From Gammaproteobacteria bacterium (GTDB taxonomy: Bacteria; Pseudomonadota; Gammaproteobacteria; Eutrophobiales; Eutrophobiaceae), in assembly GCA_963422205.2 (NCBI GenBank), contig CAXMWX010000005.1, forward strand, positions 448,001-512,000: a stretch of DNA of 64,000 nt, read 5' to 3'. The notes beneath the pieces were generated by a model. That model had not been told where the DNA came from and did not search any database. It worked only from the letters and a program-made list of their open reading frames with translations. Made by a program: the position numbers and the translations under genes. Shown here one piece after another: positions 1 through 9,176 of the stretch. Position 1 is the first letter of the stretch. Each line of letters begins with the position of its first letter.

Positions 1-394
1 TCCTGATGCTCGGCCTGGCCCAGGCCAGCAGCCGGCGGGCAATGTGCGCCCGGCGATTGCCGATAAATGCCTGTGGCTCGGCCTCGGCCAAACACCGACC
101 AAGCTGCCTAAGTCCCATACCGGGATCGATGGCGATCAGGATCGCACCGATCTTGAACAAGGCAAAGGCCAGCGCAAAAAAATCCCGCCCCGGCGGCAGC
201 ATCAATGCGGTGCGTGTGCCTTTAACGACACCCGCCGCCTGTAGCCCCCGTGCCAGTTCATCGCTGGCCTGATCAAGCTCAGCATAGGTGTAGCTGGGGA
301 AGTCCCTCGCTCGGGTTTGCACCACCACGGCCAGCGTTTCCGGCTGCTGTGCGGCCATCAACGGCAGATGCAGGGCGATATTCTCACTATCCAT
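1..394 (-). CDS. oleC: OleC, olefin beta-lactone synthetase (AMP-dependent ligase); 5' part only, runs off the window
   Basis: Manual translation from ATG at 394: MDSENIALHLPLMAAQQPETLAVVV...YTYAELDQASDELARGL...FFALAFALFKIGAILIAIDPGMG...LAEAEPQAFIG, typical of an OleC N-terminus; lies directly downstream of oleB. Absent from the ORF track because it is truncated. Confidence 0.85.
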   Translation of the reverse strand, partial: MDSENIALHLPLMAAQQPETLAVVVQTRARDFPSYTYAELDQASDELARGLQAAGVVKGTRTALMLPPGRDFFALAFALFKIGAILIAIDPGMGLRQLGRCLAEAEPQAFIGNRRAHIARRLLAWARPSIR

Positions 395-428
395 AAACAG
401 GTCACTGGCAACACGATCGCTGGCGGCA

Positions 429-1328
429 TCAGGCAAGAAACCGCCGTATCACATCGATCACGGCCGTACTCGCATCCTCCAGCACATAATGACCGGCATC
501 GGCAAAGCGATGCACCTCGGCGGCCGGAAAACGCCGCTCCCATTCGGCCAGAAAATCCGCATCAAAGACAAAATCATTCATGCCCCAGCAAATCAACACC
601 GGATTCCTTTGAAATTGATCCAGCCGCCGGGCGGTGTCGGCCATGACAGACCAGCTTGCCTGCTGTGCCGATAACGGAATATCTTCGATGAACCGGCGCA
701 CGGCCAGCCGGCTCTGCCAATCCGCATAGGGCGCAGCATAGGCAGCCGCCACCTCTGCTGGCATCGGCTGGCGGGTGACACAGGTTTTGATCGCCCCCTG
801 CACAAACGCATTTACGCCCTGAATCAACAGCGCATTGACAAGCCGGATGCGGCCAAGGCGCAGCGGCCAAGGCAGGCGCTTGCCCTTGCCCTCCCTGGTC
901 CGGGGCAGATGAAAGGCGGCTGTATTGAGGATGATAAAGTGCTGCACCTGTTCGGGATGATCTGCCGCCCAGGCCATGCCGATCATGCCGCCCCAGTCGT
1001 GTACCACCAGCGTCATCGGCTCGCTGAGCTGCAAAGAGCCGATCAGCTGATCCAGATCATCCACCCGCTGCGCCAGGGTAAAACGGTATGCCTCATTGCC
1101 TGGCCTGGCTGACAAGCCCATGCCAATATGATCCGGCACGATACAACGATGCGTGGGTTTTAATGCAGTAACCAGCCGTCGATAATAATACGACCAGCTG
1201 GGATTGCCATGCAGCATCAGCACGGGCGGTGCTTCCCTGGCCCCTTCATCCAAGTAGTGCATGGCAAGCGAGTTGATGTTGAAGTAATGCGGTTGAAAAG
1301 GATAGTCCGGCCAGGCCGTTGTTGTCAT
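429..1328 (-). CDS. oleB: OleB, beta-lactone decarboxylase (haloalkane-dehalogenase-like alpha/beta hydrolase)
   Basis: HGNPSWS, nucleophile motif VHDWGG, C-terminal AGHY; sits between oleA and oleC. Start taken at MTTTAW (1328). Confidence 0.85.
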   Translation of the reverse strand: MTTTAWPDYPFQPHYFNINSLAMHYLDEGAREAPPVLMLHGNPSWSYYYRRLVTALKPTHRCIVPDHIGMGLSARPGNEAYRFTLAQRVDDLDQLIGSLQLSEPMTLVVHDWGGMIGMAWAADHPEQVQHFIILNTAAFHLPRTREGKGKRLPWPLRLGRIRLVNALLIQGVNAFVQGAIKTCVTRQPMPAEVAAAYAAPYADWQSRLAVRRFIEDIPLSAQQASWSVMADTARRLDQFQRNPVLICWGMNDFVFDADFLAEWERRFPAAEVHRFADAGHYVLEDASTAVIDVIRRFLA

Positions 1329-1373
1329 ACTCACCATGCCGGGCTTACCAGCCCACACTGACCATGTTGAAGC

Positions 1374-2573
1374 CTACCACTCCCAGCCCATCATCAGGCA
1401 ATTCAACCCGCTGCCGATACCGAGAAAACCAACCCGGTCGCCGGATTTCAGGAAATTGCGCTGATCGGCAATCGCTGCGGTCATCGGCACGGACACCGTA
1501 CCCATGTTGCCGAGGTAAGGATAGGTGCTGAAATCTTTCTCGGCGGCAATGCCCAACTCCTTCAGGATGGTCTCCCTGTGCCCCTCGCCCACCTGATGGC
1601 AGATCACCTTGTCCACATGATCCCGCGCCCAGCCCATCGCTTTCAAGAAAGACGCCCAGGTGTTCACGCCCAGCCTGGCGCCGTGTTTCAGCACCGAGAC
1701 CGAGTCGGTGGACATGAACTCCGACATGGCCCTTGGCAGGGTCTTGGATGGGATGAGGCTAGCCAGCACAGGCGGAATCCTCTCGCTGGTCATGATCTCT
1801 CTTAACGCTGCCGGGATCACCTCCGGCTCCATCACCTCGTCAATCGTTGCCCGCAATTTATCCGGCGAGAGCATGAGCCGGCCCAACTCGGCGGGCGTGA
1901 AGGTGATCCCCCAGCGACACAGGCGATGATGCTCCGGGGCGGCCCGGGTTGTCTCGCCGATCAAACGGTGTGCGCCGCCATTGGCAAACGAGCCATCGGT
2001 AAGCAGCACCGCCGCTGCACCGGAGCCGCCGGTCAAGGTGGCCAGCGAGGAACTGAACAGGCGCATGGATTTTTCCTGTACCATGCGCTCGATCATGGTA
2101 TCGACGATCTCCCTGGCGGACTCGCAGGAGACCACGATGCCGGCACGGATCTGTTTCAGCTCAATGCGGTTGGCGATATCGATGATGCCGTTCAAGGTGC
2201 CAAGACAGGCATTGGAAATATCATAGATATAGGCATCAGTGCGGATGCCGAGCTTGTCCGCCACCGCACAGGCAGTGGCCGGTTCATAGTTCTCCCGGCA
2301 GACGCCGGAGTAGATCAACGCACCGATGTCCATTGCGCTGACGTTGCTCGCCTGTAACGCCTTGCGCGCTGCCGCCGCCGCCCCATCGGACAGGGCATGG
2401 CCCTTATCCCACCAGCGACGCTCGGCGATGCCGGTCAGCGCCTCCAACTGGCCCGGGGCGATATGCAGTGCATCGTACATGGGCATCAGGCGCTCTTCCA
2501 AATCGCCGGAGGTGATGACCTCAGCCGGCAACTCATAGCCGATGGACTCCATATAGACATGGCGATAGTTCAT
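1374..2573 (-). CDS. oleA: OleA, thiolase-fold acyl-CoA condensing enzyme, with an internal insertion
   Basis: YEPATA (Glu), SNACLG (Cys), CHQV (His), GNMG (Asn), C-terminal GIGSGLNCLM; ATGA overlap with the pfaBC stop. Confidence 0.9.
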   Translation of the reverse strand: MNYRHVYMESIGYELPAEVITSGDLEERLMPMYDALHIAPGQLEALTGIAERRWWDKGHALSDGAAAAARKALQASNVSAMDIGALIYSGVCRENYEPATACAVADKLGIRTDAYIYDISNACLGTLNGIIDIANRIELKQIRAGIVVSCESAREIVDTMIERMVQEKSMRLFSSSLATLTGGSGAAAVLLTDGSFANGGAHRLIGETTRAAPEHHRLCRWGITFTPAELGRLMLSPDKLRATIDEVMEPEVIPAALREIMTSERIPPVLASLIPSKTLPRAMSEFMSTDSVSVLKHGARLGVNTWASFLKAMGWARDHVDKVICHQVGEGHRETILKELGIAAEKDFSTYPYLGNMGTVSVPMTAAIADQRNFLKSGDRVGFLGIGSGLNCLMMGWEW

Positions 2574-5500
2574 GAGGATGACATTGTAAGGGTAAAATCC
2601 CGCATCTGATAGATAATTCTGCCATCAACGCTCAACAGGCCATCGGCCGTCAGCCGTTTTTGCGCCTCATCCCTGGCCGTGATCACCGCCTCAATGCTGA
2701 CCTGGCTGTCTGTGGGCAGGATTTGACCACGATAGACCCAGCTATGGGCAGCATCCCGCCCCGGTGCGGCAAAGCGGACCGACCCAGCCTGCCCGCCCCA
2801 GCGATCATAAGCCACATATTTCAATAGCTGAATGAATGACTCCAGCCCCAGCGACCCCGGCCACACCGGGTCCTGATAGAAATGCGCCTGAAAAAACCAG
2901 GCCGCCGGGTCGACATCCGCCTGCCCGCAAATAAAGCCGAGGGCCTGCGGCCCGCCGTCCGGGCTGTAGCCATCAATGCGATCGACCATACGCATCATCC
3001 GTGCCGGAAAGGGCGGCGCCGACGGGTAGTCGCATATGGTATGCCCGGCCAGCTCACTGGCAGCAGGCTGATACGGCGTACACTCTCGCAGGCCAACCTG
3101 CCGGGCCAGGGCAGCCCGGGAGAAAAAACCAAAATAGGTATCGCCCTGATACACCAGGCCAGCCGCACTGCTCACGGCAAAGTCGTAATGTTGAATGATC
3201 ATGCCGCCGGATTGTGACACCCGGGTGATCCTGATCTCGGTGGTCAGCGTGCCGACATCCGCCCGCACGGGTAAGCATTGGCGCGCCGTACCGCCCAGGT
3301 TACGAAACGACAGATCCGTCTGGCTGGTCAGCGCCGAGCCAAGGTAGGCCGCCAGCCAGCCACAGGGCTGCAAGGCCACTTCCAGCAACACGGCGAACGG
3401 CATCTCCGGCTGGCGATTCTCGATAAAATACCAGGCATCGGCAGGCACATCATACGCTGCTCTGATCACCCCGCCTGCGGCCAGTTGCCACGGCTGGCAC
3501 TGGTCGATAGAGACAATGCGATCGAGAAACTGGAACGGCGGCCCCGGCAGGCGGGCGATCACGCGCTCATCATCAAACACCCGGTAGCGCTCGCCGAAGG
3601 CCTCCGAGGGCTTGCCGACAGCAAAGGCATGGATGGAGGCATAATCAAACAAGACGGGACCCGGTGTCGCTGCCTTTTGGGTACGCCACAGGGTGTGCAA
3701 CTGCTGTTTACGCAGATTGCTCAGCTGCAACGACAGATCGGTCATCTGCACAATCGCCTGGCCATCGGCTGACATCAGCGCATCGGCGATCACATAAGGG
3801 ATGCCGGCCTCGGTATAACCGAGCGTCTTTATGCTGATGGCATACTGTACCTTGTTCGTGCTTGCCAGCACCTGACCGCGACACTTGAGTTTGCCCGCCA
3901 CACCCGGCACCGGCTCATAGACCATGCGCTCCGCCTCACCCACCCAGCCGAGGCGCAACAGATATACCCGCAGGGTATGCAGGCAGCATTCATACATCAA
4001 CGTCCCCGGCATCACCTGATCATCAATGAAGTGGCAGGTGATGAACCAGTCATCCGGGCGAATATCCGCCTCACCGATAATATGACCCATGCCGAAGCGA
4101 CCGCCAGCAGGGTTCAGTTCAAGGATGCGATGCACCAGCGTCATGCGCCCGCCGGGCAGACCGGCCGGCTGTTGCAAGTCAAGACCGGCAAATGCCGAAC
4201 CGAAACATGCCGCCAGATCGCCAGCGCGCAGGGCATCGAGTTGTGCATCGCTATAAGCTGCCGCCTGCATTGGCACCAACGCCTGCCAGCCTGTGGCGCA
4301 GCTGCCGGTTTGCACCTGCCCATCCAGGGCACTCAGCACGATGCCCTTGCCAGCCGCCAGTTGGGCCTCGGTGAAAAAACCGGCACAGCCATGCCGCATG
4401 GTGATCAGCAGTCTCCCATCCACCTCGCCGTCAAACCGGAAATGAAATAACCAGGTATCGCCCTGGCGGAAGAAGCGCTCGATCCGAATGTCATAGCGGA
4501 TCACCTGCCCGGCCTGTGGCAGCGGTGCATGAAAAGTCACTTCGGCATCCAGCAGCCGGTAGCAGGCCCGCCCCCTGGTCTGCAAATCAATGCCCAGATA
4601 AGCCGATAAAAACAGATCCGCCTGGCCGGCTTCCACGGCGATACAGGTGGGGATGCGCCCGCCGTCCAGATACCAGGCGCCCGGCTTGACATCGTGTTCG
4701 GTCACCACCCGCCCCGGCGCCATGGAAGCCGGCGCACCCTCCAGCGTGAGAATGCGATCGACCAGCATCAACGGCGGGGCGGGCAGACGCACCCGGGTTG
4801 GATGGCTGTCCACCTCGGCAAAGGCCGGGCCAAGCACCCGGGCAATCGCACCCGTTGCAAACTCCATGCACATCGCTCGATCGAACACCACATCCGCTCT
4901 TGGCGGCAACGCAACCGGCTTTGCAGGCGGTGCGGCGGGCAGCGTTGCCACCGCCACGGGCGGCTGGCCTGATGCGGATGGCACGGCATGCAACAAGGCG
5001 AGCTGCATCGTCACGGCCTGGTGCATCGTCTTGCTAATCCCCTGCGCCACTTGCAAAAAGGCCGCCTGTGCCGCCGCATGGGCAGTCTCGACCTGCTGTA
5101 ACTGCGCTACCACCTGCATGGCCGGATGCACCACGACATCGCCGCCCGCTGCGGGCAATTCACCTCGTGCCACCACGGGCGATGGCGCAGGCCGGCTGAT
5201 CCTGATGGCCGGACGCACAACGGGTATGTCGATCATGGCCGGGGACGGCTGGCAATCCGGCGACAGCGGCTCTCGATACAGATCATGCAAGTCCATCGCC
5301 ACCCGCTCGGTGTTAAGCTGTGCCAGCACCCGCAGCACCGACTCCGCCCCATGCTGCCCCTTGATGCAGGCGGCCAGGGCGAGATGCGGCCTTCCCTTCA
5401 ATATGTCGCCTATCATGCGACTGCAACTGCTGCCGGGGCCCGGCTCGATGAACAGACGCACGCCGTCCTGATAGGCGCGCTCAATAAGGCGGGGATAATC

Positions 5501-8500
5501 AAAGGGCTGCACCGCCTGCCCGATAAGGGAGTCGGCCGCTGCCTCGCTAGTCACTTCGTAGGGCCGGCCCCAGGCGGTGCTGTAGAACTGCACCCCGGCG
5601 GGCGGCGTGGTCTTGAGCAGGTGCAGTTGCCGGTATTCCTCGGCCACCGGCAAGGCCACCTCGCAATGCACCGTGGTCACGCCATGCAGCGGATGAAACT
5701 GACAGGCAAGATTCGCCACCAGCGCCTCAACCGCCGTGCGCTCGCCGCCGATGACGCACTCATTCGGTGTGTTTACGATCAGCAGATACACCCGCTGCCT
5801 GCCGCCCGGATCAATGTGCAGGCTGGCCTTGATCTGCCGGGCAGAGCGATTGACCACACCTGCCTGCCAGTCGATCGTGACCGCCTCATCGGTGATCCCC
5901 CAGGCCCGGCGCGCCGCCTCAAAAGGCCCGGCCAAATCACGCACGAACAGCGATGAGCGCTGCATGCGCCGCAACATCTGATCGCGCCCCACCCAGGTAC
6001 GGCTGGCAAACAGGCCGGTGGTCTCGCCCAGGCTGTAGCCGATGATGGCGTCCGGGCGAACGGCATGGCGGGCCAGTATGTCGCTGATCAGCGTACCCAG
6101 CCAGACCTGGCCGAAGATCACTTCCTCGCATGATGGTGCTGATCCATCCGAGGCAGACCAGAAACGCCCCCCGGCAAACTGGCTGGCAAGGTAATCGTTT
6201 TCCTGATCCAGCCGCTCCAGAACGTCCGGCCAGGCGCATGCCGCCTCCCGGCCCATGCCGTGAAAATGATTGCCCGCACCGGGAAAGACAAAGGCCAGCC
6301 GGCCCGTCGCTGCCTGTGGCCCGGCCAAAGGCTGGGGGCTGAAAAACACTTCGCCATCGGCGATGGCCGTGTTGTTTTGCACGGCTGGCAGCGCCCGCTC
6401 GATCAGCTGCCGCAGGTGCTGAGGATTGCCGGCCAGTAATGACAGGGCCAGCGGATGCTGCTGGTCATTCTCTTGCAGGCATCGCCGCGCCAGGTGTTGC
6501 ACGGATAACTGCTGGTCGGTCGCCTGTGCTGTTAATTGCTGAAGTCGTGCTGCCAGCGCACCAGGGTCAACCGCCGTCAATGACAACAGGGTCAGCGGCA
6601 ATGGCAGCGCCAATGGCTGGCTGCTCTCTGCCTGCTGTAACACCACGGCGATATGATTGCCATCCACACTGCCCGCCTGTACCAGGCGGTGACGTGGTCC
6701 GGACTTCCGATCCCGTAACCAGGGCTGTGGCTGGCCGCCGTCCCGCCCCGGCAGCAACCGATGATGCAGAGACAGGCTGTCCCGCACGACGTTGAGCAGT
6801 CCGGCCGCCGCGCCGTACTCGGCGTAATCCATCGCCGCCCCCTGCCCGCCTTCTCGCTCATCCGCATCCAGCCCGGCCTCCCGCAAGCCCTGGCCGATGG
6901 CGGCCCCGGCCTGCATCGCATTGCCCAGGCCGCTGACCAGGGCGTAGATGCGATCACCGGCCTTGAGCGCATCTTTGTGCCGCTTGAGTATTAAAGACAC
7001 GGCCGCATCGCCAGCGTGATTAATAGTATGGTCACGGGCGGCGGCCAGGCGCACATCGCTGGCAAAATCCACCGCACCCACAATGGCGGTGTTGATCTCC
7101 TGTCGCTGCAAGGCACGTGTGCCCAGCATCAGCGCGCGCAGGCCGGACGCCTGTTCATTCGATACGGTAAAACTCGGCCCGCCCAGGCGATAGGCACGGG
7201 CGATGCGGCTGGCGATGATGCCTCCCAGCGCGCCCATGGTGCGGTTGGCGGTCAGGGGCGGACTGATGGCCTGGCGTATTTCACCCGTCCAGGCGGCCAG
7301 CGCATCATCATCCCGTCGCAAACCCAGCCGCACCGCCCAGCGCCGGGCGCATTCCAACAGGCCCCAGCGCAGATGATAATTGGTCGTGTTCAAATCCAGG
7401 GCGATACCGATGTACGCCCCCGCCTCTCGCAACGCCTCAGCCTCATCCTGTTCCATGCCGGCATCGGCCAGGGCATCGGCGGCCACCTGCAGCATCAACA
7501 CCTGCTGCGGCAACATGGCTTTTAGCTCGGTCGGCGGAATGCGAAACCGCCCGGCGGGAATACCGATGGCAGCTATCGTTCGCTGTGGCTGACTCTGGCG
7601 GCCAAACAACTGCTCGGCAAATGCCGCCAGCCGTTCACACTCGCCGTGCCAGGTGGCCATCCCGATAATGGCGATGTCCTCTGTTGCCTGCTCTGTCATT
7701 CGAGGCGACCAGGCCACGGCGATGGCGTGATCCGGCGGCGGCTCACCGCACCACTCCTCCAGCAGGACGTGGGCATTGATACCGCCAAAACCAAACGCAC
7801 TGACGGCCGCCCGTCTTGGGCTTGCTGCTGTGCGCCGTGGCCAGTCAGCGGCCAACTGCAAGACCCTGAACGGGCTGGCATCCAGCGCAACGGCAGCGGA
7901 CTCAAAATTGGCCGTTGGGGGCAACACCCGGTGCTGCATGGCGAGCAAGACCTTGATCACCCCGGCCGCACCGGCGGCTGTCAACAGGTGACCGATATTG
8001 CTTTTGACCGAGCCAATCACGCACGCACGCTGTCCCCCACCCTCACCATGCAGGCGCCGCAGGCTGTCAAACTCCACGGCATCGCCAATGGGCGTGCCAG
8101 TGCCGTGGCATTCGATCAGATCAACATCGCCAGGATGCCAGTCGGCCTGTTGATAGGCGGCGTACATGGCACGTAGCTGGCCTTCTGAATCCGGCGCCAT
8201 GAGATTACCGCCAATATCATTCGACAAGCCCATACCGGCGATGGTGGCATAAATACGATCACCCTGTGCCAGCGCATCAGGCAGGCGTTTGAGCAGCAAC
8301 ATGCCACAGCCCTCGCCCACCACCAAGCCATCCGCCCGCCGATCAAACGGCGCACACCGGCCGCTGGCAGAGATGGCATGCAGGGCCGAGAAGCCCATCT
8401 GCGTATACAGGGAATCCGGCCGTGACAAGCCGCCGCAAAGCATGGCGTCCGCTCGCCCGGCCTGTAGCTCATCCACAGCATACTTCAGCGCATACAGCGA

Positions 8501-9070
8501 TGAAGCACAGGCCGCATCCAGCGTATAACTGCCGCCGGTAAGACCCAGCGCCTGTGCCAGCAGGCCGGCAGGCAGGCCAGCAACATAGGCATTGTACGGA
8601 TGGGTTGCCGCCGGCCTTGCTGCCGTGCCGAATAACTGTTGCTCAAACTGGGGTAGAACATGCTCATCGGCAAGGCGTGAGGCGGCATCGGTGGGCAGGA
8701 CGATATTGCCGATGATGATGCCGGTTCGGTGCTTGTCGATGCGCTCGGTGCGGCCATCCTGCCAGGCTTGACGCCCGGCATGGAGTAGCAGATGCACCAT
8801 GGGATCGAGTGAGTCGATGAATGCTGAGTCCAGCGCCAAACCGGTATGGCCAAGGGTGAAGCCTTCCACAAAACAGGCGCGCTTTGAATAGACCTTGTCG
8901 GGCTTGGGGCCGGCGGGATCGTAGGCATCGGCCAGCGGCAGCAGCCAGCGGCCAGCGGGCGGCTCCCTGGTACAGTCCCTGGCGGCAACGATATGCTCCC
9001 AAAATTGATCAAGATCACCGGCCCCGGGAAATATCCCCCCCATGCCAACGATGGCGATGCGTTGTTTCAT
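2570..9070 (-). CDS. pfaC: PfaB/C-type iterative PUFA synthase subunit (KS-CLF-AT-FabA-like DH domains)
   Basis: KS motifs DAACASS, ECHGTGT, GHLL; second degenerate KS (chain-length factor, no catalytic Cys); AT GYSLGE; FabA-like DH motifs TCHFIDDQVMPG and AHFYQDPVWPG. Start MKQRIAIVG at 9070. Confidence 0.88.
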   Translation of the reverse strand: MKQRIAIVGMGGIFPGAGDLDQFWEHIVAARDCTREPPAGRWLLPLADAYDPAGPKPDKVYSKRACFVEGFTLGHTGLALDSAFIDSLDPMVHLLLHAGRQAWQDGRTERIDKHRTGIIIGNIVLPTDAASRLADEHVLPQFEQQLFGTAARPAATHPYNAYVAGLPAGLLAQALGLTGGSYTLDAACASSLYALKYAVDELQAGRADAMLCGGLSRPDSLYTQMGFSALHAISASGRCAPFDRRADGLVVGEGCGMLLLKRLPDALAQGDRIYATIAGMGLSNDIGGNLMAPDSEGQLRAMYAAYQQADWHPGDVDLIECHGTGTPIGDAVEFDSLRRLHGEGGGQRACVIGSVKSNIGHLLTAAGAAGVIKVLLAMQHRVLPPTANFESAAVALDASPFRVLQLAADWPRRTAASPRRAAVSAFGFGGINAHVLLEEWCGEPPPDHAIAVAWSPRMTEQATEDIAIIGMATWHGECERLAAFAEQLFGRQSQPQRTIAAIGIPAGRFRIPPTELKAMLPQQVLMLQVAADALADAGMEQDEAEALREAGAYIGIALDLNTTNYHLRWGLLECARRWAVRLGLRRDDDALAAWTGEIRQAISPPLTANRTMGALGGIIASRIARAYRLGGPSFTVSNEQASGLRALMLGTRALQRQEINTAIVGAVDFASDVRLAAARDHTINHAGDAAVSLILKRHKDALKAGDRIYALVSGLGNAMQAGAAIGQGLREAGLDADEREGGQGAAMDYAEYGAAAGLLNVVRDSLSLHHRLLPGRDGGQPQPWLRDRKSGPRHRLVQAGSVDGNHIAVVLQQAESSQPLALPLPLTLLSLTAVDPGALAARLQQLTAQATDQQLSVQHLARRCLQENDQQHPLALSLLAGNPQHLRQLIERALPAVQNNTAIADGEVFFSPQPLAGPQAATGRLAFVFPGAGNHFHGMGREAACAWPDVLERLDQENDYLASQFAGGRFWSASDGSAPSCEEVIFGQVWLGTLISDILARHAVRPDAIIGYSLGETTGLFASRTWVGRDQMLRRMQRSSLFVRDLAGPFEAARRAWGITDEAVTIDWQAGVVNRSARQIKASLHIDPGGRQRVYLLIVNTPNECVIGGERTAVEALVANLACQFHPLHGVTTVHCEVALPVAEEYRQLHLLKTTPPAGVQFYSTAWGRPYEVTSEAAADSLIGQAVQPFDYPRLIERAYQDGVRLFIEPGPGSSCSRMIGDILKGRPHLALAACIKGQHGAESVLRVLAQLNTERVAMDLHDLYREPLSPDCQPSPAMIDIPVVRPAIRISRPAPSPVVARGELPAAGGDVVVHPAMQVVAQLQQVETAHAAAQAAFLQVAQGISKTMHQAVTMQLALLHAVPSASGQPPVAVATLPAAPPAKPVALPPRADVVFDRAMCMEFATGAIARVLGPAFAEVDSHPTRVRLPAPPLMLVDRILTLEGAPASMAPGRVVTEHDVKPGAWYLDGGRIPTCIAVEAGQADLFLSAYLGIDLQTRGRACYRLLDAEVTFHAPLPQAGQVIRYDIRIERFFRQGDTWLFHFRFDGEVDGRLLITMRHGCAGFFTEAQLAAGKGIVLSALDGQVQTGSCATGWQALVPMQAAAYSDAQLDALRAGDLAACFGSAFAGLDLQQPAGLPGGRMTLVHRILELNPAGGRFGMGHIIGEADIRPDDWFITCHFIDDQVMPGTLMYECCLHTLRVYLLRLGWVGEAERMVYEPVPGVAGKLKCRGQVLASTNKVQYAISIKTLGYTEAGIPYVIADALMSADGQAIVQMTDLSLQLSNLRKQQLHTLWRTQKAATPGPVLFDYASIHAFAVGKPSEAFGERYRVFDDERVIARLPGPPFQFLDRIVSIDQCQPWQLAAGGVIRAAYDVPADAWYFIENRQPEMPFAVLLEVALQPCGWLAAYLGSALTSQTDLSFRNLGGTARQCLPVRADVGTLTTEIRITRVSQSGGMIIQHYDFAVSSAAGLVYQGDTYFGFFSRAALARQVGLRECTPYQPAASELAGHTICDYPSAPPFPARMMRMVDRIDGYSPDGGPQALGFICGQADVDPAAWFFQAHFYQDPVWPGSLGLESFIQLLKYVAYDRWGGQAGSVRFAAPGRDAAHSWVYRGQILPTDSQVSIEAVITARDEAQKRLTADGLLSVDGRIIYQMRDFTLTMSSS

Positions 9071-9176
9071 GCAGATGGTTGAGATGAGTGCAAGGCGGCA
9101 GGATAACACAGGCAAAGCGCCGTGTGGTATCTTATTGGTGAGACAGCACCCCATGCTGCATAACGGAGATAAACGG

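Noticed and set aside
975-987. 13-nt match between spacer 4 (CATGCCGATCATG) and oleB, suggesting self-targeting of the lipid cluster
   Set aside because: Internal match only, flanks mismatch, no T-rich PAM; a 13-mer hit among 13 spacers over both strands of 64 kb GC-rich DNA is plausible by chance.
9042-9176. N-terminal extensions of cas12a (from 9042) and pfaBC (from 9154) that make the two ORFs overlap
   Set aside because: Homology begins at MTQRLLADF (with RBS) and MKQRIAIVG; the extensions are ORF-caller artefacts, as are those of pfaA, pfaD, ppc, sga, yajQ and the type II endonuclease.
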